From Hormiphora californensis (taxonomy: Eukaryota > Animalia > Ctenophora), in contig CM035356.1 in NCBI GenBank assembly GCA_020137815.1, positions 372,001 through 436,000 of the forward strand: 64,000 nucleotides of DNA, in the 5' to 3' direction. Made by a program: the position numbers and the translations under genes. The stretch's first letter is position 1, and every line of letters begins with the position of its first letter. Below the pieces are notes generated by a model that saw only the letters and a list, made by a program, of their open reading frames with translations, made no database searches and was not told where the DNA came from. Positions 16,880-40,956 of this stretch are shown piece by piece.

Positions 16880-19800
16880 GTCCCCCTCTCATTACCATTG
16901 GCTCAGTAACAGCAGTTACTGTTCCCCATGGCACAGTCTGAAAGAGACCTGCAACGTCTCAGCAGGATCTATCTCTGATCCTCCTCTAACAGTAACACGG
17001 GTGGCCCAATTGTTCACTACAAATACCACCAAACATCTCGCTATTACTAATTCTGTACTGGGTGGGTGGTCCGCTACCTGCACTACCCTCCCCAGTCCCC
17101 ACTATCTAGCTATCCCCCAACTAGAGAGATACAGACAAGGACAACATAGGTAACTCCTGTGATGTAGATATGGATGGGGATGGGGAGTTGAATGGAGTGG
17201 ATCTGTGTAAAGTAGACTCAACACCGGAGCAACAAGATAGAGATGGAGATGGAGTGGGCGATCGGTGTGATAACTGCAAAGAAATGTGAGAATTTAATAG
17301 TTAAAATAGTTTTAATCTCCCAAACCCACACACACCAGCGGCGCCTGCCAGTACTAACTGATTTCTTGTTTTACAGATATAACCCAGACCAGTTTGATGC
17401 TGATAGAGATGGGCTTGGTAACGTGTGTGATAATAACAATGATCAAGACTCTGCTACAGATGACAAAGATAACTGTCCTTTAATCGCAAACAATCAGGTA
17501 GAGTTAGATTGCATTCAGTGGTACCAGGTAGATTGATACGGTCATGATAGATATGTTTGTAGGCTTAGCCTGGCCTGCTCGCACTTAGCGGTAGACCTTG
17601 CGTTGTTGGAGTCAGATGAGAACGAGTATTTCAGGTGTCGTGGTTGGAACTGGCCCACGTAAAGATAAAAGTTGAGATATGTATAACAGTGCACACGCCA
17701 ATATGATACCAGGCTTGTAAATATCACTCTCACTCCCATTGGTCATTCTCAAAGTCACGTGACACTCGAGATGCAGATCGGACAGTAACTCCGCTCGTCA
17801 TCTACTTTTGACAAGTGTCGCGACTAGATCAGACGGAGTTAGAGCCAGAGTCTGTAGCTGTCGACTTCCTAAGCTACTATCAATGAATCATGAAATAAGG
17901 AGGCCCAATCATGGGAGTTACTAATGCACAGATGGTTCTCTAACCAACTCCAGGGGACTGAGCTAACACCTTTCTACTCTAAGTACTCTAAATATAATAA
18001 GTAAATATAGTACGCTACTGTTAAACCGAGGGGAAAGAGCGGCGCCACAGTTCCCTCTCATACATATGTCATATCAAGAAATAATATGAATAGTGGCCGG
18101 CCACATGTTTATTACGTCTCATAACCGATAAAACTACTATTACATTGTTAATTTTGTCTCGCCTTCCCCATTATAGAGAAATGACCAAGACCGTGATAAA
18201 GTGGGGGATGCCTGTGACAACTGTGTCTATGTAAAGAATCCAGGGCAGGAGGATATTAATCAGAATGGGTTTGGAGATGCCTGTGAGGAGGATGGCAAGG
18301 ATTTTGATGGCGATGGAATTGTAGACGCTCTGGATAATTGTATCCATTATCCAGATTCAACACAAATCAATACTGGTATGTAATAGTAGGGACATACAAT
18401 GTCAATATTCGATATCATATGCCTTGACTTAATCCCTTCTGTTTTTTCATCCTTTTAGGCCAGATTCTCCGTCTAATCCCTTCTCAGATGTGAAATATGC
18501 TCGGGAAGACAGATCCAAAAAGTTCACGGGAGATATATGTGACTCTGATCCAGATGGCGATGGAAGGAATTACAGACCTCCTAAAGTTGATCCCTGCCCC
18601 CGGCTTTATAACGCTGAAAACTGTTGGATTAGTGTCGAAGGTTCGTTATGTTCTAAACCTCCTTTACATTTGTGCGGGGCGCGGTGAAACAAGGTCGAGT
18701 AAGGCAAGTCAATGGTACTATCTAGGGATGGTGGTGTTAGACTGGTTTAGAACTTACCACACAGCACAGCCGGATGAGCTATTCGAAGTTGGATTACAAA
18801 TTAAATTTATACTTTATCTGATAATTGACTCCTGTTATTATAGATAGCCCCCTCGAGAACGGACAAGATACTGATGGAGATGGGGTTCCTGACTATATTG
18901 ACAAACTACCTCACGACCCTGACATTGGGAAAACCTTCGATTTCTTTGGTATATATCTCTCCCAACAGTGCAGTATCCCTGTTAGAACCAAACATAGGTG
19001 TACCTACAGAAATGAGAACAGAAAGATTTGTTGGTAATATAAAATACGATTTACCAGATACGGCAGCTCCACTTGTTTCATTTCTGTTTGATGGGAGGAC
19101 CCCTGATACAGCCTCTAAATGGCAGATAGACTCAGACAGTCGGTACTCCAACGAATTCTCCCAATTGAACGACACCAAAGCGCCATTTGTAGGTGTAACA
19201 GGGAGGCGCTTCCCTGACCTAGATTACTGGGGGACCTGGTATGTAAAAACGTAAGTTGATCGGGGGATCCAGCATGAGTTGTTGAGTCAACAAAGCATGA
19301 GAGGGGGGGGGTGACTGTGTATATTCAGATCATATGAGGGGCCAGGGGGATGTATCTTACTTCTCTTGCATCTTCCTGCTCCACTGAATCTTCCCCTTCA
19401 ATCCCTTGCACAATTATCTATCTCTCCCACCTCTAACTATCATATGTACTCTTTTTATTTTTCTTGTGCATTTATCTCTCAATATTCATACCTCAATTTA
19501 CAACTATCAAGCGTGGCAGCCCAGCCACGTATATTATACCAGAATCTTTCATTTCCTCCCCATCATTTCAGAGACAATCCTGGAAACGCGATTGGGCTTG
19601 TATTCGGTTTCCAAAATCCCCGGCGTTTTTATCTCATTTCATGGAGGAGAGATCATCTGACATTTGGGAACCTGGATCCTGTGGCAGCAGGTATAATACT
19701 GGGTGTTACAACTCCAAACACACCCCTTACTAATGATACTCCCCACTACCTCCCCACTACCTCCCCACTACCTCCCCACTACCTCCCCACTACATCCCCA

Positions 19801-22599
19801 CTACCTCCCCACTACCTCCCCACTACCTCCCCACTACCTCCCCACTATCTCCCCACTACCTCCCCACTACCTCCCCACTACCTCCCCACTACCTCCCCAC
19901 TACCTCCCCACTATCTCTCCACTACCTCCCCACTACCTCCCCACTACCTCCCCACTACCTTCCCACTACCTCCCCACTACCTCCCCACTACCTTCCCACT
20001 ACCTCCCCACTACCTTCCCACTACCTCCCCACTACCTCCCCACTACCTCCCCACTACCTCCCCACTACTGCAGGTGGTATAAGGGGGCTGCATATTAAAG
20101 CGATCCACGCCTCCTATGGTGCCAGTACACGGTTCATGCAGTTGCTGTGGCACTCAGGTGGTGATGGTGCCGATAGTACCCTGTTGTGGAGGGACAGGGA
20201 CATGATACCATGGGAGTATAACCAGGCATACCGGTGGCACCTTAGATACAGGTAAATTAGAATTACATACCAGGTAGTTGGGCAACATGGACAGAGTGGG
20301 TTCTCTAGTCTCTAACAACAGATGTATGTCGTGTGTAGCTACCTGCCACAGTTATTTGAATTGTTCCAACCCATCCGTGAAACTGTGAGACAATGTGAGA
20401 CAGCTAGCAGGGCATGGAAAATCTTTACAACCCTTGGCAGTAGTACGGTTCCCGTGCATTGAATGCGTAGAGGCGCTATAAAATGTAATTCGGTGTGAAA
20501 TGTGATTTAGAAGATTGGAAACAGAATGTAATACAGGTAAATATTGGTAACTCTCCTTTCCATCTCAAAGGAACTCTAAACTTCCAACAACCCGGCAGAC
20601 AGCCCGCTCAGATCTTGTTGTGTAAGGGGTTCCCAACAGCTCAGATCCGGTCTGTGGCGCCATGCATAGGAAGACACGGTTAGACAAAGGAAATAAACAG
20701 ACATTGATGACATCTTTGAATTGACATCCCCCACCTAATACACCGCGATCCCCAGGCCGAGTATTGGTATGTTCAAGTTACTGGTGTACAAATCGAACAG
20801 GGTTATAATAGATACTGGTGCTGTCTATGATAACAAACTGCTAGGTAAGATCCCCCAGATATGAGATTCTATGTTCCCCTTTAGCAAAGGGTGGTCTCAT
20901 GATTGTGCGAATATATAACCCATCCGCGAGGAAAATCATATCTGTATGAAGGGGTAGGCAAATCCAAACAGTTTCTCATTGCCGCAATTTAATTCAACAA
21001 TTCAGGTGGTCGGTTTGGAGTGTACGCATTTGATCAACCTGCAACATACTTCTCTAACCTTGATTTCCGATCAATGCCCCGAGTTAACTACGGGTTATCT
21101 CTCAAAAACGTGTAAGAAACATTGTCTCTATAACATATCATGTTTAGTTGGCGGCAGTTAATATATATCATTATCAGCAGGAATATATATCTTCATGTTT
21201 AGTTGATTAATTAATAACTGCTGCATTACCCCACCCAGAACTATACCCCTGGGTGTCCAGATACCACCACGAGAGGAATCCCTCCTGGTGTCTCTGTGGC
21301 TGCAGATAACCAACACCAAGTCCAATATCAACATGACTATACTGGGTACTGATAGTGAGGTGCTGGGGTTGAGAGTCATACAATCTGGGGATGATAGACG
21401 GATTGAAGGAAGGTAGGTTAGAGAGATGATTCACCCAGCTGACCATCTCATATTGTACTACGGTGGTCAGTGAGATTTATAACAGCTGCTTGTTGTTCAA
21501 CCCCTTTCTCATGCTAGATGCCATATTCATAAGTTAGATCGGGTACAAAAAAACCCTTTTCCGTCTCTGGTACAACACATACCTTCTTCCTATTTCACTA
21601 GATATGGAACAGTGTCTCTGAGAGCGGACTTTACACTAGATATGATACAGTACAGACAAAAGAATGGGGATTACAGCTACCTTTGGATGAGTCTTCTACT
21701 ACGGGTGAGTTATAATGTACCATATTGTACCTATAAATACAATGAATCTATATATCGATCTCTCAATGCTTCCTATACTGATAGATAATAACCAACTCTC
21801 CCTCTCAGTACGACCTACCCTCAGAGACTTTATCACTGCTTCTCAACCAGCAGCTGATCAAATCCATCCCGAACACTAGAGCACAGGACCTAACATTCAC
21901 TCAGATGACCCTAGGAGATGGGAGTCTATCTGATATTAACATTGATGAGGTACACTTTGTCCTGTTGGTCTTTACTGAGATAATTGTGTTTTATTAACGC
22001 CCCCATACCTCTTCCCCAGTTCCGGATATGTAGAGGACTGCTAAGTGAGACGGAGGAGCGGGTATTGCTGGGTGATTCTTCTCTACAGAAGTTAGTAGAC
22101 CAGAAGCGGCTGCTGGTGTGGTACGATATGAACGAACAACCAGACAGTAATGTGGTAAGTAGCAAAACACAACTGAATTGTCAATATGTTTCCCCATCCC
22201 TGAGTTCATGTTGAGTCCTGGCACTTACTCACCAATGCATGATATGGTTACAGTTAAAACTTTACAGGCCCAATCTAACCCTAATTTTAACCCCGATGAC
22301 TGAACTAAATAGTACCTATAATAGGTAACATATTTAAATCATCCTCCCTCAGATTCTGGACTGGTCTGGCAGAGGGCAGCACACCACTTTATCAGCTCCA
22401 TCCCTGATCCGGATACCTGTTATATCGGAAGGGTTTCATGTATAACATCCAATACAACCAAGAGGAAAATATGACCAAAAGCCCCGGGAGAAATGCTACA
22501 AAGGAGATTGCTACTTCAGCTGCACCTTGGACAGAGAAATGGACTACTGAGGCTAAGAAGCGCTATAAAAGACGACCTAAATTTAGGCAGGAACTTTGA
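9465..22599 (+). CDS. Mega-thrombospondin-like giant ECM protein: signal peptide, long LRR array + LRRCT, FN3-like, PA14-like, cadherin repeats, Cys-rich repeats, Ca-binding EGF, TSP type-3 repeats, TSP C-terminal lectin, C-terminal ConA/LamG-like domain
   Basis: ORFs 9465-12053 and 12022-13520 (LxxLxLxxNxL repeats, RLSCGCGL...C); cadherin motifs (VEDYNDH, ITATDED, IDKGIPRM); CKDINECE and CEDVDECE; many DxDxDGxGDxCDNC exons (16347-18900); IGLVFGFQNPRRFYLISWR and GRFGVYAFDQ (TSP-C). The last exon is about 22353-22599. Several 1-nt frameshifts must be assumed. Confidence 0.85.
16795..16875. repeat. (CT)n microsatellite in a mega-TSP intron
   Basis: Direct reading. Confidence 0.95.
19738..20069 (+). 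repeat. 11-bp minisatellite (CTCCCCACTAC)n, about 30 copies, intronic and abutting the 3' splice site at 20073
   Basis: An 11-bp period is visible. The array ends ...CCCCACTACTGCAG|GTGG. Confidence 0.92.
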
Positions 22600-23970
22600 T
22601 ACACTGTTGACAGAGACAGCTTGTAAATAGTTTAGTACCCAATTAAATAGCATGATATTGTAATGAACGGATCACCAATCCATTATTGATTTGCTCTTTT
22701 AATTTCATAATTCCAGATCACGCCTCATGTCTTGTTAGTACAATAGTGACAATAAAAACAGTTGCATGTTCGTTTGATGGCTTTTGATCCCCGTAGAGCA
22801 AATAATGTGCCCACTGCCCAGATCGATCAGGCAATCACTGCCAGACCCACTGTATGCACATCGGGTGGCCCGCGGAGGTTTCACAAAAATAAAAGTATAC
22901 ATTTCAGCACATCTCCCGCGCGTTGTCGATTCCATGCTGCTCCGTCCTACGCGCAGCAAGGCAGAAGGGAAAGTGCGCGTTGACGTCTGCAATCCACTGC
23001 TCGCGCCCTCCGTCAGGGCGTATTATACCACAAAGGTTTCGCTTTCTTCGAGAGAGAGGGAGAGACAGAGACAGAGAAAGCTAGAGACAGAAGAAAGATT
23101 CATGACATATATTCAGGGAGGTAGAGAAGCGCTATTGTTCAACTCGCTACTTTTGGGTAGTCACCATTAGTACACTGTACAAAGAGAAACAAGGATTAAC
23201 ATGATGAAAGACATAATACAGAAATACAACTTTTGAGATAAAACTGTTAAAAGAATAAAAATGTGTAAACCGTGAGCCCTTTGTTTATACAATTGTGTAA
23301 AAACGTACGTCGCAACATACAAGTAGAGGTACATGATACCCGCCAGTTTCATTGTGTGATAGTACAGTGGTAAATAAAGTGCGTGATCGGATGCTATGAG
23401 AAGAAAACTATAGGGTTTTTAGCTCTTAGTTCATTGTTCAAGATTATTTATTAATTATATTTTAAACTCTATACTCCTGGGACTACACACTACATACATA
23501 CATAAACCACAGTTAAACTATTTTTAACTCACTGCAGAGTGTTCATTATCACGTGACACAACATACAAGTGAGTGAAGGAAATTCCAAAAGCAAATTCAC
23601 TTTTGTCTCACATGCTCTTCTTCTACTTCTTATTACACGTATACATGCACGAAAATGGACCGCTTTTGGGAATAGATAATATAATGAAGTGAGCATCTTG
23701 ACAGATTATTCGGTTATAGATATCTACAGCACACGTGATTAACACCCCCATTCCCGGATGGTAAAAAAATAAAAGTGATTCTCTTTTTGAAGAAACCCCC
23801 ATTTCTCTCCCCCCATTTCTCTCACTATAAAACATCAAACTTCAATATGCAAAACTGTTTAAACTTTTGAGTCCCAACCTCGAGATAATCCACACAGCTA
23901 ACCATGTTCAACACGAGCACACATGTACACTTTTAATATTATATTGTATATCTTCACGTCAAATCAAACA

Positions 23971-34159
<10,189 letters not shown>

Positions 34160-34437
34160 CCTCTTTTTCAAAACAAATCTCTAGGGTGTCCTTCCTTTAC
34201 ACCCATTACGACACGTGTAATATATTTCATCAATCGATTTCTATATAATTGAAGGTCATGTGACTTGTTTACTAATTTCTTCTCTCTCTCTCTCTCACTC
34301 TCTCGCTTTCATATTTTCATATTTATTATAAGTGTGTTTCAGCACAACTACGACAAAAATAACACATTATAAGTCTATCTTTAAAATATGTAGCACACGC
34401 ATTATGCTAATGACTAATTAACACTATCCAATATTTA

Positions 34438-34738
34438 GTTATTAGTTAAAGGACCTAATTGGGACAATGGGCAATTATATAACTTTCATTTCGAATTAAA
34501 GCGTCTTTCAATATTGCCAGCACTTCATTTTTGGGAACTTTTTGTACTGGCACACTCAAAAGCACTCCGAATCCGCTGTTTTTGACTTTGTAACTGCAAC
34601 TAATAATTGAGAACTCCTAGTTGTATGCCAACCAGCGATGTACGTGTTTCTCAGGAGACGGGATCGAATATTTTAGGGTGATTCAAGTACTGCCTTGGTG
34701 GCAGACCTGTGCCCCAATCTGGTCCTTTAACTAATAAC
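34438..34738. mobile_element. About 300-bp MITE-like element
   Basis: 18-bp perfect terminal inverted repeats GTTATTAGTTAAAGGACC / GGTCCTTTAACTAATAAC. TSD unclear. Confidence 0.55.
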
Positions 34739-37279
34739 ACTTTCTCACTTATTTTACTTATTTTGCAAGCTGCTCATGCGTGCTATAATCAAAACATATT
34801 TGGGGATCTATATTGTAGGTAATAATAATATAATGAATGAGTCGGTTATAATAATATCTGCATTAATGAACACTTGAATCTCCATTCAGCCTACTTGGCA
34901 CACACACAAACTAACAAACATAAGTCAAAACATAACAATGAAAAGCTTTGTCCCTGCATATGAGAACATAATCAAAAAGTGGTCGTGTAAAGTGCTAATA
35001 GTGATACACTCGCTTATAATGCTTAGAAATGCTTCCATGGGAGTGAAAACCCTCGGGAAAGTTCAGATCTGCACCACGTGACCAGTGTATTACCCAATCA
35101 CAGCGGGGATCAGTGATCACGCTACATGAGCTGTGATTCGTATACAGTGCAGACCTGGACAATTCGTAGAGGGTACAAACAACCCATGATATCCACTCAT
35201 CACACATGTGTGCATCGCCAGCGACTAAAGAACTGCATGTCTTCAGTAGCTGTGGATGCAGTGTATTGTATAAAGCAAAAAGGAATAACCTCGTATCAAA
35301 TTGTCCCAAGATTGTCGCATAACATTTAAGATACTGATTAGGACGGAGCATTATATCAACTAGGGGATGAGCTATACAAACTCTTGTCTGTACTATATTT
35401 GTGGCTATGGCAGATAGAATAGTGTGAACAGTATGCGACAACCAAGGACAATTTATTTTAGCAAGGGCTACCAAATCAGAATGACTCTCCAAGTTAGTAG
35501 CCCCTACTAAACACTACTAGTTTATCCTTCTCAGCTGGCAAGTGTGAAGGGTCCGCGGGACATCAAAGATAGAGGCACAAGCCGGTGGAAACCCTGCGGG
35601 CTTGGCTGAGTGCACCTCTCTAAAAATATATCTGTCCACCTCTGTTTCGTTTCTTCCTTCTTCATCTCGCTCTCTAGTTCCCTCTCCTTCCACTTGCAGC
35701 TTTACACGATCACACAGCAGTAAGCAGTATACATTGATATGTTGTAATAATATATGTATAATTATATGTCAATCACACCCATTTATAAATTTATATATTT
35801 TTGTATCAAAATGTTCGCCACGCATACACATGTGTTTAATAGTAATACTACCCGCGGGGCCTGAATCTTTACTCTCTTAAAAACCATAGCTCTAAATAAC
35901 AAGAACAGAAACGTAATGCAGAGCTACTGCACACGCTCTCTCTGAACATGTATAACTGTCATTGAATAGCAATTAAATAGTCGGTTTTTTATGAAAAAAA
36001 TGAAACTCAATTCGTCAAACTTCTCTGCACAAAAAAGAATCGTGGCGTACCCAATGAGTACTTTTACACACCAACCTGCAAACTCGCAATCAAGCTGTAT
36101 AAACTTATAATCCAATCGAATTTTAACCCCATATTAAATGTAAAAGTGGGTGTACTATAATAGGTACTAGGTTCTCTGGTGTGTAAATGTTCCTCAATAA
36201 CATATTTTGGTAACTCCTACTATGTACTTATGTATAATGTATATCACGCTCTTTCGAATAGGTATCACTCATATTAGGTTGATATTTCTCTAGTAAGTCC
36301 TAACTGTATAAAGGGACTCTTTCACTGTACTGATCAAAAGCTCTAATAATAACGTACATAATCAACTTCTAAAACTGGATAGGGGGAATCACAATAACGT
36401 ATGAAACATCTACAACTAAAATCAGCCGATAATATATTGATATATATCTGGGAAACTGAGATATTTAAAACGTTGAACCAGCTATTCTGAGGGTCGATAT
36501 TATTAGGGTTTGCATACGTAAACAAGCCCTGAAATTACGTAACACGCCGACAATATAGAGCTTTATGCTACACCTCTTTATTGTCGGTGGATCGAGCATA
36601 AAGTCGGATTTAAAAAAATGTCCACCCCCTTGTGCTCATCTGACGGCAAAAACCGCATATTTAACCAGAAAGCACATAAAGTTTTAGTTTGAAGAAATTG
36701 GCTGAGAAACAAAGGAATGAGGGACAAAAGAAGCTCAAAATAAGTTCCGAAACAACCAATCGCACGTCCTAGGGTGGGCGTACAGTTTCAAAAAATCCGA
36801 TAGTGCTCGTTTCCCGTATACAATTCCTAACAATATCTATACCTCTATAAGACTACTATAATAGACACCAATTACCCACAGTTGTGCACGAATCGTGGTT
36901 AGCGAGAAAACTCAGTTTCTGTGACAACTGAGGCAACACATATCATGAATTGCCAGTCATTACCGTCAAACTGCACCCCTAACACACTGCCCTGCACCAT
37001 CAAACATAACAGAGTAGTGAGTACAGATACTGCATTGTATGTATGTATGTACGTGTGTATGTGTGTGTGTGTGTATGTACGTGTGTATGTGTGTACGTGT
37101 GTGTACGTGTGTGTGTACGTGTGTGTGGTTTTTGTGATAAACATGAAGCCATGCGTGAAGCCATAAAATACGTCGAGAACATTTTATCCAAGTCTAACCG
37201 TTTCTTGCAGAAAAAGTACTGACGGAAATTAAGTCAACCTTATCTTCTCTCCAAGATGTATCTCTTGTATTTGGATATA

Positions 37280-38838
37280 CAAGGTGGCCCATAAATTATG
37301 AGGCCGGGGGACGAGCTGTACCTCCGAAACGGTGATAGTTGTGCAAAAACAAACTACGGGAACATGCTGGAACAATTCCTTGGTAACTTTTTGCAAATTT
37401 TGAGTTTTTTATTCAAAAGTTCATTTTTCATTCATGAACTATTTACACGTTCATTAATGAATTAAGGACTCTAATTTACCGAGAGTGAGCCATTTTGTTT
37501 GGGTTGAATTTATCTTTCCAATGAGCACCATAAAAATCAAATTGAAGCACCAGGTCACATGGCAGTTGAGAAAATGCACATGCATGATTTTGGCTCTTCC
37601 TGCGACTTTCAATCAGCTGTATCACGGCTACCTTTTGTTCAATCTTTTTAAAAATTTGGGTGAACATTGGATAAGCAAAGATCTTTGCTCACAAGAAAAA
37701 TCAAGGTCAAAACTGAAAGTTCATTTTTGAGTTTTGGTAGTTCATTCCACTCATTCAGGAACCAACATCCCTAAAGTGATGAAAAGTGATTGGTTTTGTT
37801 CGGCCCGTACCCTGCGATGATAGAAAGGTGTAAAAACACGTTTCCGGGCTAGTTAGTGGGTGTCCATGTGATCATGATGATATCTGACACCTCTTCTGAG
37901 CCATAATCAAGGGATTTTCTCGAATTCAAGCATGTGATTTGGGTTATCTGTGATTGGTATCGTGCAGCAATGTTGAGAGATCTCATAGCACCTCGAAAAT
38001 TATGATTAGCTCAATGAAATGAGCTGATTTTTGATAGAAGAGATTAAAACAGACGTCAAAATGAACTAAACTACCATTTTCGATCCAAAATCAGATCATT
38101 TCATTGAGCTAATCATAATTTTCTAGGTGCTATGAGATCTCTCAACATTGCTGCACGATACCAATCACAGATAACCCAAATCACATGCTTGAATTCGAGA
38201 AAATCCCTTGATTATGGCTCAGAAGAGGTGTCAGATATCATCATGATCACATGGACACCCACTAACTAGCCCGGAAACGTGTTTTTGCACCTCTCTATCA
38301 TCGCAGGGTACGGGCCGAACAAAACCAATCACTTTTCATCACTTTAGGGATGTTGGTTCCTGAATGAGTGGAATGAACTACCAAAACTCAAAAATGAACT
38401 TTCAGTTTTGACCTTGATTTTTCTTGTGAGCAAAGATCTTTGCTTATCCAATGTTCACCCAAATTTTTAAAAAGATTGAACAAAAGGTAGCCGTGATACA
38501 GCTGATTGAAAGTCGCAGGAAGAACCAAAATCATGCATGTGCATTTTCTCAACTGCCATGTGACTTGGTGCTTCAATTTGATTTTTATGGTGCTCATTGG
38601 AAAGATAAATTCAACCCAAACAAAATGGCTCACTCTCGGTAAATTAGAGTCCTTAATTCATTAATGAACGTGTAAATAGTTCATGAATGAAAAATGAACT
38701 TTTGAATAAAAAACTCAAAATTTGCAAAAAGTTACCAAGGAATTGTTCCAGCATGTTCCCGTAGTTTGTTTTTGCACAACTATCACCGTTTCGGAGGTAC
38801 AGCTCGTCCCCCGGCCTCATAATTTATGGGCCACCTTG
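37280..38838. mobile_element. 1.56-kb foldback DNA transposon, Tc1/mariner-type ends (TA TSD), arms about 750 bp, no transposase
   Basis: TA|CAAGGTGGCCCATAAATTATG ... CATAATTTATGGGCCACCTTG|TA. The mirrored ORFs 37485-37730(+) and 38388-38633(-) differ at one residue. Confidence 0.9.
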
Positions 38839-38978
38839 TATAATGGAATGGAAAGAGAGATTTGGAAACGGAGTACACTTTTGCCAATACCATCATAGCA
38901 TGAAACAAGGTGTGTGTGTGTTAGGTCTCCAGCAGCTACAGTGGCCCAAGTTGCTTTTTTACCATAACATTCATACAG

Positions 38979-39407
38979 GGGGTCCTTCATGAAACTTTTT
39001 CCTTATTGGAATAAGGAAGGTTTTCAATAAGGAATTTTTCTCAAATATGTGTCACGAACGCTCTTTAGGAAACCAATTATCTTTTTTCCTTACCATTTCC
39101 TTACCATTTCATGGCATTTGTCTGTCATGAAGCTGAAATAAGGAAAAAAACTCACGCACCCCAAATATGTCACATGGGTGTTGACATCCAATGATGTTCT
39201 AGACACGTGACCGCCATTGCCCTATCACAGCTTATGCAAACCCGACACCGTGTCACAGTAGCTGATCAGCGCTGGCAGGCTGGTAGTTTGTATACGATAC
39301 AATTTGCGTAACGATCTGGACAAAAGAGAGGGAAAAAGAGGGAAGCGAGAGAGCGCGAGATACGAGAAAGTAGGGATGAGTGAAGAGAGAGAGAGAGAGA
39401 GAGAGAG

Positions 39408-39504
<97 letters not shown>

Positions 39505-40172
39505 GAGAGAGCTCTAGATAGAGAGTAGAGAGAGAGAGAGCGAGAGAGATGAGAGAGAGAGATGCTCTGAGATCTCTATACTCTCTTTAATACTCGCGTA
39601 GTCCTTGAGAGCTTAGATAGATATCGATACATCGCTCTCTCTCTCTCTCTCTCTCTCTCACTCTTTCTCTCTCTTCTGTTTCTATCATTTTCAATCTCAA
39701 TTTCACTGATTTTTGGTTTTATAGGAAAGACTAGAGCGCAAGTGTAAAGTGCATAAACGTCTTTGCACTTTATACAGACGGAGATATCGTGCTGGTGACA
39801 TGTTGCCATCGGTCTCTCCCATCTACAAAATCTAATTAGTGGCCTTTAAGGAACTTTTTTTGTTCCTTAACTCCAATAAGGACAGCTTTTAGTTGTCCTT
39901 AACTCAGGGACATGAATCCTTACAGTTAAGGAAGAAAATCGGGAGCTAAGGAAGAAAATCTTGGGTTAAGGAACGTTTTGGGCAACAAGGAATTACACTC
40001 ACGCAATTATAGTATCGATTACATCCACCTAAGGAACGAAAATAAGGAACTTTCCTTATTGGAAAAAATCTTCCTTAACGCCCAAGTTCATGACAGCCAA
40101 GGAGCCTTAATTAGATTAAAATGTTCCTTAACTCATAAGGAATCTTCCTAAACAGCGTTCATGAAGGACCCC
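38979..40172. mobile_element. PIF/Harbinger-like non-autonomous element (3-bp CAG TSD) containing (GA)n tracts and TAAGGAA repeats
   Basis: CAG|GGGGTCCTTCATGAA ... TTCATGAAGGACCCC|CAG. Confidence 0.65.
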
Positions 40173-40345
40173 CAGCTTTTTCTTAGTCAGTCTGTCTGTT
40201 CACTGCAATACGTGTCACTCATGTTATCGGTTACTTCTTTGATGCATTTCTATACCATTTCCTGGTTACAGCCTGTCCAAGAATTCAATGACTTACAATA
40301 TTGAGGCACACATTAGACATGTAGCGAGACACATATAGGGTGTTT

Positions 40346-40956
40346 ATGTGGGATCCTTACAAGCGTTGGGCTTCACCCAGAAAAAATTGACAAAATTAGC
40401 TTATGAAACTTGAAACACCCTCATTCAAGGTTCTTGGTGTTTCCGGAGCTCTACTACCCCGTGGAAGTGTGTTTTTGGCATCAAAACCACCAGAAGGAAT
40501 TTTTTTGCTGGTGCTGAGAATTTGCAAGAATTTTTTTGGGTATTTTCTATGTCAATTCCAAAGTTTCATGATGATTGGATGTGTTTTATGAACTCAAAAT
40601 TTCGAAGAAAGTGCCTGGAAAGACTCTAAAATATCAATTTTTGCCGTTTTTGAGCTGTTTTTGGGGGCTTTCCAGCCAGTTTATTTGGACTGAACCACAC
40701 ATCTAATCACCATGAAACTTTGGAATTGACATAGAAAATACCCAAAAAACATTCTAGCAAAGTCTCAGCACCAGCAAAAAATTCCTTCTGGTAGTTTTGA
40801 TGCCAAAAACACACTTCCAGGCGTATTAGAGCTCCGGAAACACCAGGACCCTTGAATGAGAATATATAGAATAGCCCAAGTAGTATGAAGTTTCATTTAA
40901 GCTAATTTTGTCAATTTTTTTCTGGGTGAAGCCCAACGCTTGTAAAGATCCCACAT
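40346..40956. mobile_element. About 610-bp foldback MITE
   Basis: ATGTGGGATCCTTACAAGCGTTGGGCTTCACCCAG ... CTGGGTGAAGCCCAACGCTTGTAAAGATCCCACAT, with long inverted arms. Confidence 0.8.

Noticed and set aside
17560-17670. Possible tRNA-derived SINE
   Set aside because: A/B boxes are too degenerate, with no tail or TSD seen.
19366-20098. Pro/Thr-rich extensin-like ORFs
   Set aside because: Intronic 11-bp minisatellite between mega-TSP exons.
22735-23170. GC-rich segment with short ORFs on both strands
   Set aside because: No recognisable protein or RNA motif and no clear splice partners.
34995-35492. 165-aa ORF as IRF DBD or SMAD MH1
   Set aside because: Only scattered short resemblances in different frames. 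I could not build a convincing spliced domain, so it is left as an open question in the findings.
37476-38642. Pair of near-identical inverted small ORFs
   Set aside because: Mirror images within the foldback arms, with no transposase motifs.
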